IMG/VR virus record: IMGVR_UViG_3300013383_000002
Span: 32,001 to 96,000 of that record
DNA length: 64,000 bases
Reading direction: 5' to 3' (one strand)
Source of the DNA: a virus
Lineage: Duplodnaviria; Caudoviricetes
Position 1 is the stretch's first letter; every line of letters begins with the position of its first letter. The position numbers and the translations under genes are program-made. The notes beneath the pieces were generated by a model, which saw nothing but the letters and a program-made list of their open reading frames with translations, searched no databases and had not been told where the DNA came from. This document shows, one piece after another, positions 1-9,570 of this stretch.

Positions 1-1777
1 CCTCCCATATGGTGTAAGTTATGGTATCTATCTAATCTATAATGATGGCGTAGAGAATTCTGCGGAAGCCTTTATTGATACTGCGCAGAGTAAAAAGCTA
101 TCAATCGCGCCGTATCCAGTTCTTCAAAAAACCTATAATCAATTTGCTTTTTCTAATATTTCTGGAACTAATGAAAATGAGTTCTGGAACAAAATTCGTT
201 TCTGCTATTCCTATGACAGCACTTTTGAAGGAGACAAGACTCGTTTCTTCTTATCGGGCAATTCTCTTGAAATTATTGATACTCAAGTTGGGAAAGATGC
301 CGGTAATCAATATCTTTGCTATGATGCCACTTTCCCCGATACAATCCCCACTGGGACCTACAACCTACAAGCTTCTCTATATGACGCGCGCCACCAAGAT
401 AGTTCTGTCACTACTATTTCAAAAACCGAGGCTAAAACTATAAATTCGATTTTGCCAATTTTGACTTCTGCAACTCAACTTGATGTTTTTACTGGTGAAA
501 CAAGCGACACTTTTACTTTTAGCTTTACTAAATTTTATGCTGACGGAGAAACAATGGCAGACTGGTCAATTAGTTCTCTGGCTTCAAGTGTAACTCCCTA
601 TTTTAGCTATGATGGAACTCTTTATGAAATAACCAGTTTTACAGTACAAGCCAACGCTAGTGAGGACTTGGTGCGGATTATTTTACCAAAAAGTGCTATC
701 CCACAAGTATTCTCTTCTTTCCAAAATAAAAATGGTATTTATTCTATGAACCCAGTAATAAAAATTACAAATCTTTATGGCAGAGAGTTTGTTTTTACTG
801 GAACGGCACTTGTTGGAATAAATTTCAATGCCGCGCCGACCATCACTTTTGAAAAAGAGAATGTAAAATATCGCTATAATAATACTAATTATTCGTTGGG
901 AAATAATCCAATAAGAGAAACGCTTATCCTTTGTTTTTCTCCTGTTATAAAAGCATATAATGGTTCTCAAATAAATTTCTTTGTTGATATTTCAAGAACA
1001 GCCGCTTCTGGCCCGTGGACGGTATTCTCGAAAGGGAGTTGTTCTAAGGTTGGAATACCATCTTATAATACTCCAATTACGATTAGTTCAGAGGGAATAG
1101 GTCAAACTATTGTAAAAGAAATAACAGATAGTAATAATTGCTGGTTCAGAATTCGTATAAATGATGGATATAACAATGAAGTAACCAGCTCAATTGTTGG
1201 ACCATTCTCGCGCGCAAAACATACTCCAATGGATTTATCTCTTTCTGATATTTCTTATGCTTCTCAGAAAATTAGTTTCAATTATAAAATAAATGATTTA
1301 GGTCTTGAACAATCTTCTTTGACTGATGGGACTGTTGTAATTCAACACTCTGCTGGCGCGCTCCAAGACACTTCCGCGCAGATTGCCTGGGTTCCGCATA
1401 GTTTGACTTGGAGTTCATTCTACACTGGCTCTTCATCTTCCGTTAGTTATACTTTATCAGGAAATTTTGAGTACGTTCGCGCAAAAATGACGACCCTTGT
1501 AACCACAGATTATCCTTCTGGACTCTCTATTACTACTAGAAAAATTTCTTATTCCAATAGTAGTTTGGTTTACAATGTTACTCCCACTTTTGCGATTAGA
1601 AGAAACCAACTTGGAGTAAATGTTGTTGAACCAACAGACTATGCCGACGGGGCAATTGTTATTGGTGCCTCAACTGGCAAAAAATTGGTCTATTTCTTGA
1701 GCGCGAACGGGTCGGCTACTATTGATTTAGAGACTCTTTCTCTTGACAATTTCGTTATTGATGGTGGAAGTTGGTAA
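1..1777 (+). CDS. C-terminal part of a large Ser/Thr-rich virion (tail-associated) protein, 5'-truncated by the window
   Basis: Frame 2 is open from base 2 through the 452..1777 ORF; beta-rich S/T/Y composition; ends IDGGSW. Function is inferred. Confidence 0.55.
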   Translation, partial: LPYGVSYGIYLIYNDGVENSAEAFIDTAQSKKLSIAPYPVLQKTYNQFAFSNISGTNENEFWNKIRFCYSYDSTFEGDKTRFFLSGNSLEIIDTQVGKDAGNQYLCYDATFPDTIPTGTYNLQASLYDARHQDSSVTTISKTEAKTINSILPILTSATQLDVFTGETSDTFTFSFTKFYADGETMADWSISSLASSVTPYFSYDGTLYEITSFTVQANASEDLVRIILPKSAIPQVFSSFQNKNGIYSMNPVIKITNLYGREFVFTGTALVGINFNAAPTITFEKENVKYRYNNTNYSLGNNPIRETLILCFSPVIKAYNGSQINFFVDISRTAASGPWTVFSKGSCSKVGIPSYNTPITISSEGIGQTIVKEITDSNNCWFRIRINDGYNNEVTSSIVGPFSRAKHTPMDLSLSDISYASQKISFNYKINDLGLEQSSLTDGTVVIQHSAGALQDTSAQIAWVPHSLTWSSFYTGSSSSVSYTLSGNFEYVRAKMTTLVTTDYPSGLSITTRKISYSNSSLVYNVTPTFAIRRNQLGVNVVEPTDYADGAIVIGASTGKKLVYFLSANGSATIDLETLSLDNFVIDGGSW

Positions 1778-1778
1778 T

Positions 1779-1807
1779 TTGAAATTCTTTTGTTTTTTTG
1801 ATATAAT
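1779..1807 (+). promoter_or_regulatory. sigmaA/sigma70-type promoter
   Basis: TTGAAA-N17-TATAAT followed by AAGGAG and ATG at 1828. The same TTGAaa-N17-TATAAT pattern recurs at ~37137, 47395, 48991, 50899, 51115, 57125 (+) and ~6915, 25804, 31772, 31863 (-). Confidence 0.75.
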
Positions 1808-1827
1808 AAAATAAAGGAGTTGATAGA

Positions 1828-2211
1828 ATGAATATTACGATGGGACAAGTTCTTGCGCTGAACACTGAACAGCCCACTTTTGAAAAGCTTTGTTTGCCAA
1901 TCAGAACATCTTATAAATTAGCAAAGCTTTTCGCGGCAGCCGATAAAGAAGTAAGTTTTTATAAGAAGAAAATGCAAGAGATTATCATGCTTTTTTCTGT
2001 CAAGGATGATAAGGGAAATCCGGTATATGCAGAGGACGGGAGTTATATCAAAGTTCTCCCAGAAAAGATGCCTGAATGCCAAAATGAGATTCATCAATTG
2101 AATACTCTTGAAATTGAAATGCCAAATATTACTTTTATTCTTGATGATTTCGGCGAGGTAAATCTTTCCACCGAAAGTCTTAGAGCAATCTTACCCTTTA
2201 TTCAAGAGTAA
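1828..2211 (+). CDS. hypothetical phage protein (possible tail chaperone)
   Basis: 127-aa ORF with its own promoter and RBS. Confidence 0.7.
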   Translation: MNITMGQVLALNTEQPTFEKLCLPIRTSYKLAKLFAAADKEVSFYKKKMQEIIMLFSVKDDKGNPVYAEDGSYIKVLPEKMPECQNEIHQLNTLEIEMPNITFILDDFGEVNLSTESLRAILPFIQE

Positions 2212-2217
2212 CACATA

Positions 2218-2284
2218 AAAAAGAGAAGACCAAACTTGTGATGTTTTACTAAACTTCTTACAAGCTTGGTCTTCTTATTTTATT
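2218..2284 (+). terminator. intrinsic terminator-like hairpin
   Basis: AGAAGACCAA-CTTGT ... ACAAG-TTGGTCTTCT inverted repeat followed by a T-rich tail. Confidence 0.6.
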
Positions 2285-2335
2285 CGTCAGCAAATGCGGT
2301 CTCTTATATATAGAAAGAGTAAAGGAGGAAAAGAA

Positions 2336-2665
2336 ATGGCTGGATATAATCCTTATCAAACAAATTCATATCAAGCAATTCAATTCTTTCCGCAACCACA
2401 AGGTAATGTTTATATGATAAATAATTCTATGGAAATCGCTAATATTCCGGTCGGAGGAGGAATTTCTGTTGCTTTGTGCCCTAGTGAATCTTTGATGTTC
2501 TTGAAATCGATGCAAAATGGTGCGCCAACGCTTCTAGCCTACACTTTGACGCCATGTGAAACTCGTCCTAATCAGTCCTCTGATGAACGGGTGGTGGCAC
2601 TTGAAAAAGAAGTGGCTGAACTAAAAAAGCAGCTAAAAGGAGGAAAACTAAGTAATGAACTTTAA
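2336..2665 (+). CDS. hypothetical Gln/Pro-rich phage protein
   Basis: AAGGAGG RBS before ATG 2336 (MAGYNPYQ); C-terminal coiled coil. Confidence 0.7.
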   Translation: MAGYNPYQTNSYQAIQFFPQPQGNVYMINNSMEIANIPVGGGISVALCPSESLMFLKSMQNGAPTLLAYTLTPCETRPNQSSDERVVALEKEVAELKKQLKGGKLSNEL

Positions 2666-2975
2666 TCCATTACAAATGATGATGCAAATGGGTCAAAAAC
2701 AACAACAACCTCAAATTCAAAATCCACCTCTCGACCCGCAACGCTTTCGCCAAATGGCACCAAAATTGACAAAAGAAAATCAAATTATACTAAAAGAGGA
2801 GAGGAGCTTAGGCTCCTCTCTTTTCTCATTCCCATTGAACAATTTCTTTTTTAGGAAAATTTCTGTCCGAAACAAATTTACCAATTCCAATGGCATCTGC
2901 GCAGTCATCATTTACACTCACGTCATACCATTGTTTTACAAGGTTTTTCATAGAGGCTTTTCGGTCGCTTCTTGA
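2655..2975 (+). CDS. small Gln-rich protein, probably truncated near 2785
   Basis: GGAGG RBS and a natural-looking N-terminus (MNFNPLQMMMQ); after ~43 codons the frame reads through a terminator and into antisense RuvC. Confidence 0.35.
   Translation: MNFNPLQMMMQMGQKQQQPQIQNPPLDPQRFRQMAPKLTKENQIILKEERSLGSSLFSFPLNNFFFRKISVRNKFTNSNGICAVIIYTHVIPLFYKVFHRGFSVAS
2792..2825. terminator. bidirectional terminator between convergent genes
   Basis: AAAAGAG-GAGAGGAGC TTA GGCTCCTCTC-TTTTC. Confidence 0.75.
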
Positions 2976-3548
2976 ACGCCCTTTTACTCCACAGTGCGCG
3001 CGCCATGTATTTGTGGGACAAACTTCGAATGGAACATCTCGCGCGAAGCAAGTTTCCATCAAAATTCCTTGAAGACGCGCCAATGTTTGGAACGTTGTAA
3101 CACCATAGTTCTGCTCATATTGAATTCCCTCAATACCAACAAAATCAATTTCAAAAGTTGAAATAATTGACATCATCCATTCTTTTATGCGATGGTCTCG
3201 CGCGATTTCATCAGTGTCTTCGGGCGCGTCAAAATATCCATACTTTATTAGTTTTTTATCTTCAAAGATTGAAAAGCCACTACGCTTCGTAGCTTGGTCA
3301 AGTCCAAGAACACGAAAACTTCCTTTTTTCTTTGGAATCACTTCTAATTTTATTTCTTTATAGGGATTATCTTTACAAAGAGGGCACTCGCGCCGTGTAC
3401 GAATTTTCTTCCATGGCGCGAACACCTGATGTCCCTCTGTGCAAGTAAACTCCATTATGGTATCAAGATTTTTATATTCTGTAGAAATGAGCTTCCAGCC
3501 GTCTTTTTCAATTTCGGCTTTTATGTCGTCTAGTTGTATCTTAGCCAT
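2826..3548 (-). CDS. ruvC: RuvC-like Holliday junction resolvase with N-terminal Zn-binding domain
   Basis: RNase H-fold catalytic motifs VLGLDQAT, IEG and DDCADAIGIG; N-terminal CxxxH/CPLC. Confidence 0.8.
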   Translation of the reverse strand: MAKIQLDDIKAEIEKDGWKLISTEYKNLDTIMEFTCTEGHQVFAPWKKIRTRRECPLCKDNPYKEIKLEVIPKKKGSFRVLGLDQATKRSGFSIFEDKKLIKYGYFDAPEDTDEIARDHRIKEWMMSIISTFEIDFVGIEGIQYEQNYGVTTFQTLARLQGILMETCFARDVPFEVCPTNTWRAHCGVKGRSRSDRKASMKNLVKQWYDVSVNDDCADAIGIGKFVSDRNFPKKEIVQWE

Positions 3549-3565
3549 TCGCTCACTTCCGCTAT

Positions 3566-4468
3566 TTACTTTAGATTAGTGGAACCAAAACCTCCGCTAC
3601 CCCTTTCTGTATCATCAAGATTTTCGACTTGGAAGAGGACTGCCTTGGGGACTTCCATTAGGACAAGTTGCGCGAATTTTTCGCCTTTTCCAATTACCAT
3701 ATCGCTGCCTCTAAGAATTGAAGTGATAACTGGACGGCCTTTATCATCAAAGTCATAAGTGATGTCCTTAATAGGCGGCTCGATATTTTCCATGATTACT
3801 TGGAGTTCCCCTCTAAATCCAGCATCGATAGTCGCCGGAGTGTTGGCAATTCTCATCTTCGTCTTGAGGGCGCGACCGCTCTTTGGACGAATCTGAATTT
3901 CATATCCGTTTGGAACTGCCATCTTGATACCAGTAGGAATAAGCTTTGTTTCGCCCGGATGAATTATGTAGTCATCAAGAGCGAAAACATCCATTCCACT
4001 ATCGTCTGGATGTGCGTATTCAGGCATTCGCGCATCGGGGTGACACTTTACAAATGGGATTTGAATATAGCGCTTTGCAATACCCTCTGTTTCACTAATA
4101 GCGGTATTAATGCCGCGCAAGAGCTTTTTGAGAAAATCTCTCTTTGGCGCAGTTAGTTCAGTAATTGCGTCAATCTCATTCACCAATTGAAGAAATTCAT
4201 CCTGAACACTTTCTGCTGTAGTGCCCGCAGCATTGATAGACTGCGCGAGCATTAGACGAACATTTGCGGTGTTGAGACTGCGCAAGAAACTGTCTAAAAT
4301 ACCAGGAGATACCAATTCAAACTGAGCGTCATCCATTGTAAGTAATAGGGCAATAGCGTCAATAGAATTTTCACCAAGATTATCAAGTTGAGAAAGTACT
4401 TCACGTATTTCTTCGATTATTCCTTTAGAATTTTGTTCTATGCTATTTTCTTTTACTACTTCAATCAT
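3566..4468 (-). CDS. dut: trimeric dUTPase with long N-terminal extension
   Basis: Motifs SGMD, RPKSG, TIDAGFRG, AQLV and RGSGGFGST. Confidence 0.9.
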   Translation of the reverse strand: MIEVVKENSIEQNSKGIIEEIREVLSQLDNLGENSIDAIALLLTMDDAQFELVSPGILDSFLRSLNTANVRLMLAQSINAAGTTAESVQDEFLQLVNEIDAITELTAPKRDFLKKLLRGINTAISETEGIAKRYIQIPFVKCHPDARMPEYAHPDDSGMDVFALDDYIIHPGETKLIPTGIKMAVPNGYEIQIRPKSGRALKTKMRIANTPATIDAGFRGELQVIMENIEPPIKDITYDFDDKGRPVITSILRGSDMVIGKGEKFAQLVLMEVPKAVLFQVENLDDTERGSGGFGSTNLK

Positions 4469-4689
4469 TCAGCTTCTTCACCCCATAGAGAGCAATATGT
4501 CATTTGAATTTTAACAAGATACACCTCATCAACAATCTGTCCCTTTGCTTTCTTTGTTTTATAAGTGTAGCCCGCAGAGGTAATTTGAAAACCTTCCTCT
4601 CGTGCCTTCTGACGATATGTTTCAATAGTCTCTTTTGCTTCATTCTCGCTAAGAGTAATTAGTTCTTCTGTCTTTTTATATAAGGTCAT
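4465..4689 (-). CDS. hypothetical protein
   Basis: 74-aa ORF translationally coupled within the operon. Confidence 0.7.
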   Translation of the reverse strand: MTLYKKTEELITLSENEAKETIETYRQKAREEGFQITSAGYTYKTKKAKGQIVDEVYLVKIQMTYCSLWGEEAE

Positions 4690-4691
4690 AG

Positions 4692-5051
4692 CTATTCTCC
4701 TTTTTTATAGCAAATTAGTTCTTTCGCATAGGGGAGTGTCTCAATCCAGTCACAAAACTCTCTCCACTCTGGGAGGCGATGATTCTTTCGCTGACGCCAG
4801 ATGTTTTTCAAACAACGATAGTTTGTAGTAAGCCGCGCAGTAAGCTCGAAACCAGGAGGAATATTATAGAGAATTTTGAGATAGAGTTCTTTCATCTGAT
4901 TTTCTCTTGAGGTATTTTTACCTTCTAGCTTTTGAAGTCGATTATACTCATCAATCTTCTTCTGAACAATATCAATAATACACGGATCAACATAACGATT
5001 ACATTGTTTCTTTAGGTCAAATTTTGTAATACGATGCATTGTACTTTCTGT
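4692..5051 (-). CDS. exon 2 of a ThyX-like (flavin-dependent thymidylate synthase fold) phage protein
   Basis: Continues ESTMHRI...TNYRCLKNIWRQRKNHRLPEW, resembling the ThyX C-terminal NxRxL..R...H..xE pattern. Joined to exon 1 it gives 205 codons. Confidence 0.6.
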   Translation of the reverse strand, partial: TESTMHRITKFDLKKQCNRYVDPCIIDIVQKKIDEYNRLQKLEGKNTSRENQMKELYLKILYNIPPGFELTARLTTNYRCLKNIWRQRKNHRLPEWREFCDWIETLPYAKELICYKKGE

Positions 5052-6210
5052 CTTGAATACCCTCGGTTTCCCGATATTTATTAGGGGAGTAGACTATCTC
5101 TTCATCCTCAAAAGGATGCTGTGCGCTACGGGGTGAAATTTCATCATCCCCTCTCTGATTACGTTGTAATCAATTTAGTCGTTACACTTTCTTCTTTCAT
5201 GATTTTATCAATATTATCTTCTAGGTTACAAAGCTTGTAAAGATGCCAGCCACCTGCCGTCTTAGAAGTACCTCGGACGACATTGCCAACACCACGACCA
5301 TTTACGTTATATTGTCGGCCAAATTCCATAGCATTATCGCATAAAACTCTTTCATTGCCTTTTTCAAGAATAAATAATTTTTTTCTTGTGGTGTTTGTGC
5401 TTTGAACGCTTTGAGTGGTTATTCTTAGATTATCTTTTGTATAGCCTTTATTTACATCTATTCTATCAAAAGTAGAATTTCTAAGACCATATATTTTTGC
5501 ATGGGCTTCTATCTCTTCATGGAAATCATAATATAAATCTATTGCAAATTCATAGTCGCAAGTTATTTGTCTTGCTCCATAATGTGAATAGTTATTATTC
5601 ATCGGATTTCCACATCGTTGTTTGATATTTTGAAAACGCTCAGCTATCACTGACTTAATTTCTGAATCTGGAAGATTTTTCAAACAACGAATTACATGCG
5701 CATGACTGTGACAATCAGCAATCTGTAAAGACCGCAATAGAAGTTTTTCCTTTGTTCCGCATCGCTTACAATGCAGATTATAAGAGAAACTATCCCTTGA
5801 GTCAACTACATAGTCACCAATTTCTTGGCCAATAAAAGAATTATAATAATTATCTTTACAATTCATCCCGTTATGAAGTAATCCCTTTTTCTTTTTCAGA
5901 CTCGTTTCATAATTATATTTATCTATTTCTTTTATATGACCACAAATCCGGCATTTTATTACATAATAAATTTTATTATTTTTCTTCAGACGGTCAATTA
6001 TGTCAAAATCCATTTTTTCACCTCCTTATAAATTTATTCTCATGAAAGAAGCTTAGCACGGTATTATCATATCCTCTATAGGACTTAGATTCCCTTACTC
6101 ATAATGTAATTGCTTACTTCTGAACCGTTAGCCAGATAAACTGACACCTTTTATTAAAAGTTCACACAGTTATAATATAATATATTACTATATTATACGC
6201 CCAAATTTAA
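5052..6210 (-). mobile_element. group I intron (IA-like) with endonuclease ORF in P6
   Basis: P4 AACGGT/ACCGTG, P7 ACGACTA/TAGTC, P9 TCGG-GAAA-CCGA; interrupts FVS|xESTMH. Boundaries are uncertain by 1 nt. Confidence 0.85.
5159..6013 (-). CDS. intron-encoded HNH-family homing endonuclease
   Basis: IKQRC.NP...YSHYGARQI, TFDRIDVNKGY..DNLR; C-terminal NUMOD-like KTAGGW. Confidence 0.85.
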   Translation of the reverse strand: MDFDIIDRLKKNNKIYYVIKCRICGHIKEIDKYNYETSLKKKKGLLHNGMNCKDNYYNSFIGQEIGDYVVDSRDSFSYNLHCKRCGTKEKLLLRSLQIADCHSHAHVIRCLKNLPDSEIKSVIAERFQNIKQRCGNPMNNNYSHYGARQITCDYEFAIDLYYDFHEEIEAHAKIYGLRNSTFDRIDVNKGYTKDNLRITTQSVQSTNTTRKKLFILEKGNERVLCDNAMEFGRQYNVNGRGVGNVVRGTSKTAGGWHLYKLCNLEDNIDKIMKEESVTTKLITT

Positions 6211-6465
6211 GCTGACAAAATCTAAAAACCGATAACGTTCTGCCTCAATCCACGCTTTATTAGAAAAGCGTAAGTCAAAACTCACGAGAATACCCGTAAG
6301 AAACTGGTCATGCGCACCAACCCAATCCGCTGCGCGAGATAGCCCTTTTGCTCGTTTCATGGTGGCTTCCTCTGTTTCTTCCCACTCAGTTGAGGTCCTC
6401 ATTGGATACCCAGAAGCATGAAGACTTTCTTCTAAGTCATAAACCTTTACATTTTCAACTCGCAT
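6211..6465 (-). CDS. exon 1 of the ThyX-like protein
   Basis: ATG at 6465 overlaps the upstream TAA; MRVENVKVY...HDQFL...AERYRFLDFVS. Confidence 0.6.
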
Positions 6466-6884
6466 TAGATAATTTTCTCCTTCACATAGTTTCCATCTTC
6501 GTTCAAGTAATAGACCGTCTTTATTCCCAAATCTCGTATCAGTCGCGCGCACGCCGCGCAGGGTCTGCTACAGCCTCTTTCTCCATTTTTGTGTTCTCTA
6601 TAAACATAGATATTGACTTTATCCCATTCAATATCTTTTCCAATAAGAGGAGAAAGTGCAGCGACCTCTGCGTGTTCTCGCGCGATTGAATTCTCGTAGT
6701 CATCAAAATTTCGATAAATATTATAACGGTGCTGAAGAGGACGAGTTTTCTGACTATTACAAGCAGAAGAAAGAATCCTATTGCCACTAACAACAACCGC
6801 GCCGACCTTTGTCTGCTTGAAATCAGATAAATAACTGACTTCACGCGCGATATTGAAAAAGCGTTCCTCTTTGTGCGTCATCAA
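6465..6884 (-). CDS. dCMP/cytidine deaminase family protein
   Basis: Zn motifs HAE and PCxxC; KVGAVVV. Confidence 0.85.
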   Translation of the reverse strand: MMTHKEERFFNIAREVSYLSDFKQTKVGAVVVSGNRILSSACNSQKTRPLQHRYNIYRNFDDYENSIAREHAEVAALSPLIGKDIEWDKVNIYVYREHKNGERGCSRPCAACARLIRDLGIKTVYYLNEDGNYVKEKII

Positions 6885-6926
6885 ACTAATCCCCTTTACT
6901 CTTTATAAAAATATTATACCAAAATT

Positions 6927-7142
6927 TTAGTTTTTTTCAAATTCTTGTTTTGCTTGTAGATAGCCATTTGTATATGCATCTTTCAATGCCTTTTGGACGT
7001 TAGTCCAGACACTAGGGAAAAGACGCATTATGACATAGGAAAATTTTATCGGATAGTCAGTTGGATAGAGAAGCAAACTTTCTGAAAGTTTTGTAATCTT
7101 TTCTTTTGTCGTGGTGACTTCATTTATTTCTTTACTTTCCAT
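6927..7142 (-). CDS. hypothetical protein
   Basis: 71-aa ORF with RBS. Confidence 0.65.
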   Translation of the reverse strand: MESKEINEVTTTKEKITKLSESLLLYPTDYPIKFSYVIMRLFPSVWTNVQKALKDAYTNGYLQAKQEFEKN

Positions 7143-7153
7143 ATTATTCCTCT

Positions 7154-9379
7154 TTAGTTACAGTGAGAGTAACCGCATTCCTTACAGATATCGCAACCGC
7201 CGCTATGCTCCAAAACCGCGCCGCACTCTGGACAACGCTCTCCGAACTTTTGTGATTTCTTTTTCTTTGGTTCCTCTAAATATCCCAATTCTTCTTGAAC
7301 TTCTTTCCACATATCCATCAGTGCATTGCCTATTGCCATTGGGCAACACGCGCCCTTAGATGTATCATGCTTTGTGGCTGTCCTAATAGCATAACTAGGA
7401 CAAGCACCAGTTGAATTGAGCTGGTCTTGGATATCATTTATGCTAACTCCAGCTCTACAGGCAAGAGAAACCATTCGAGACAATCCGACCATATAATTGG
7501 AGCATCCCCCCAAACTACCTTTTGTAAAGAACACTTCAACTAAATCACCATAAACTGGTTCAAAGAACCCAAGAACATGAGTTGAGCCGCAGCCATTGAT
7601 TATCTTTCTTTTTTTACCAATCAAATCATCCGCGCATTTCATAACTTCTCCGCGCTTCAATTCCTTATGAGAAGTCTCTTCTTTTTTGTTTTCGGTAGTC
7701 AAGATGCCGAGACGCTTACAACCATCCCTAAACATGGTAATACCTTTACAACCAGATGACCAAGCAAGTAGGTACATATGTGCAATATCATCTTTGGTTG
7801 CAGAATTCGGCATATTTACTGTAGAGCTAATTGCTGTGTCAACGTGTTTTTGCATCGCTGCTTGTGTTAGAACTCTACTTTGCCAAGAAATATCAGCTGA
7901 ACCGACAAAATAATTTGGTAGCTCTTTTGTATTGTTTATTTCCATATACTCGCATGCTGCCTTACAATAAACATCATAATAGGTATCTTCCCCATCTGTC
8001 ATACCTACCGTTCTTCTTGTATATTTTAGCGCAAATTCCGGTTCGCAGCCTCCGCTTTCTCCTAGTAAAGTAGCTAGTGAACCGGTTGGAGCAACTGAAA
8101 CTAAACTACAATTTCTTAGCCCGTATTCTTTTAGTCCAGTTATTTCATCTGGAGTAAAATGTAGTTTTATAATGTCGCTATCAAAAATTTCTTCCTTATA
8201 TTTTGGATACGGCCCAAATTCCTTTGCTAACTTATTGCTTGCTAAAACAGCGCGTCTAAAGATAAGAGAGAAGACATCATCTGTAAATTCAATAGCCTCC
8301 GGTGAGCCATACTTAAATCCTAATTTCATAAGAGCAGTAGCATAACCAAAAATACCTAAACCAATGTTTCTATAATTATAGGACATTTCTCTTTGTTGTT
8401 GTAATGGATGTCTATTATAATTTTCATCAATAAGTTTATCAAGAGTTCTAATTCCGACGTCAATTGCCGATAATAAATCTGCTGTATTTAGATGAGCTTG
8501 CAGAGTATATGGATTCACAATAAATTCAGAAAGATTCAGAGAAGATAGACAGCAGGCACCGTGCTTTGGAAGAGGCTGCTCGCCACAGGGATTACAAGTT
8601 TCAATCTCGTAGTCTTTATCAAATTGCATCAAATTATAATTTCTAAATCTATTGATGAAAAGACAAGCTGGGTCAGCCCAATCATAGCAATTATCAACTA
8701 GCATTTTGAAAATTTCAATAGGTGTAACATCATATTCTATTTCATGCCCAGAGTAGTTTCGCTTTTCGTGCAGCGTTACAACCTCTCCAGTGTCATAATA
8801 TTTCTCAACAGCTCGCATAAATTCGTCATCAAGTTCAAGAGACAAATTGGCTTTTTCAATTTCCCCTTCTTTTGACTTTATTTTTATAAAAGTCTCTGCT
8901 TCTTTATGCCGTGCGTCAATAGAAAGCATTAGCGCACCCTTGCGCGCGCCTCCTTGTGAAGTTCCCGCTGTGACTTCATTGAAAATTTTCATAAAAGGAA
9001 CAATTCCATCAGAATAGTATTCAGTTTTTATTGGAGTTCCCTTTGGGCGTAATTTTGTAAGAGAAATTCCTTGGCCGCCTTGTGCTTTGAAAGTAATGCC
9101 AATGTCTTTTGCGGCATCCATAATATCATAATAGTCGTCTTCAACATAACCTCTTGAATAACAATTGAATAAACTGCCAGTATTATCTAGGCCTCTATTG
9201 GCTAAAGTACGCCCGCCCATCAAGAATTTTTTCTCGATAATTAGTTTTCGTAATTCATTATCTCCTGCACTTACTCTATCTAGCCATTCTTCAAAACTTT
9301 CATCATTGTGTCGATATTTACGTTGCCAGATGTCTTGCGCAAGTTGATTATTTTCTCCAAGCCAATCCTTTACGGTCAT
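7154..9379 (-). CDS. nrdJ: class II (B12-dependent) ribonucleotide reductase with C-terminal TSCPD-like and Zn-ribbon domain
   Basis: NCY, TCNPCGEQ, VAPTGS, AISSTVN and KGITMFRDG motifs; C-terminal CPECG...CKECGYS; no adjacent small subunit. Confidence 0.88.
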   Translation of the reverse strand: MTVKDWLGENNQLAQDIWQRKYRHNDESFEEWLDRVSAGDNELRKLIIEKKFLMGGRTLANRGLDNTGSLFNCYSRGYVEDDYYDIMDAAKDIGITFKAQGGQGISLTKLRPKGTPIKTEYYSDGIVPFMKIFNEVTAGTSQGGARKGALMLSIDARHKEAETFIKIKSKEGEIEKANLSLELDDEFMRAVEKYYDTGEVVTLHEKRNYSGHEIEYDVTPIEIFKMLVDNCYDWADPACLFINRFRNYNLMQFDKDYEIETCNPCGEQPLPKHGACCLSSLNLSEFIVNPYTLQAHLNTADLLSAIDVGIRTLDKLIDENYNRHPLQQQREMSYNYRNIGLGIFGYATALMKLGFKYGSPEAIEFTDDVFSLIFRRAVLASNKLAKEFGPYPKYKEEIFDSDIIKLHFTPDEITGLKEYGLRNCSLVSVAPTGSLATLLGESGGCEPEFALKYTRRTVGMTDGEDTYYDVYCKAACEYMEINNTKELPNYFVGSADISWQSRVLTQAAMQKHVDTAISSTVNMPNSATKDDIAHMYLLAWSSGCKGITMFRDGCKRLGILTTENKKEETSHKELKRGEVMKCADDLIGKKRKIINGCGSTHVLGFFEPVYGDLVEVFFTKGSLGGCSNYMVGLSRMVSLACRAGVSINDIQDQLNSTGACPSYAIRTATKHDTSKGACCPMAIGNALMDMWKEVQEELGYLEEPKKKKSQKFGERCPECGAVLEHSGGCDICKECGYSHCN

Positions 9380-9570
9380 TCTTTTTCCTCCGTGTAACAA
9401 TATTCACAATAGCCATTTATAAAATTGTGCTGACATTGTGCTTGAAGTTTTTTATTTTCTTCTAATAATTTAGCAACAGTATTATTTAGAGTGAATTTAT
9501 TTGGTGTTACTAACTGTTCAATAATACTATTATTTTCATCTATTTTTTGTTTTATTTCTAAATTAGTCAT
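9376..9570 (-). CDS. hypothetical small Zn-binding protein
   Basis: CxH...CxxC; coupled to nrdJ. Confidence 0.65.
   Translation of the reverse strand: MTNLEIKQKIDENNSIIEQLVTPNKFTLNNTVAKLLEENKKLQAQCQHNFINGYCEYCYTEEKE

Noticed and set aside
75-443. 122-aa ORF from the track
   Set aside because: It is an out-of-frame shadow of the longer frame-2 gene that enters from the window edge.
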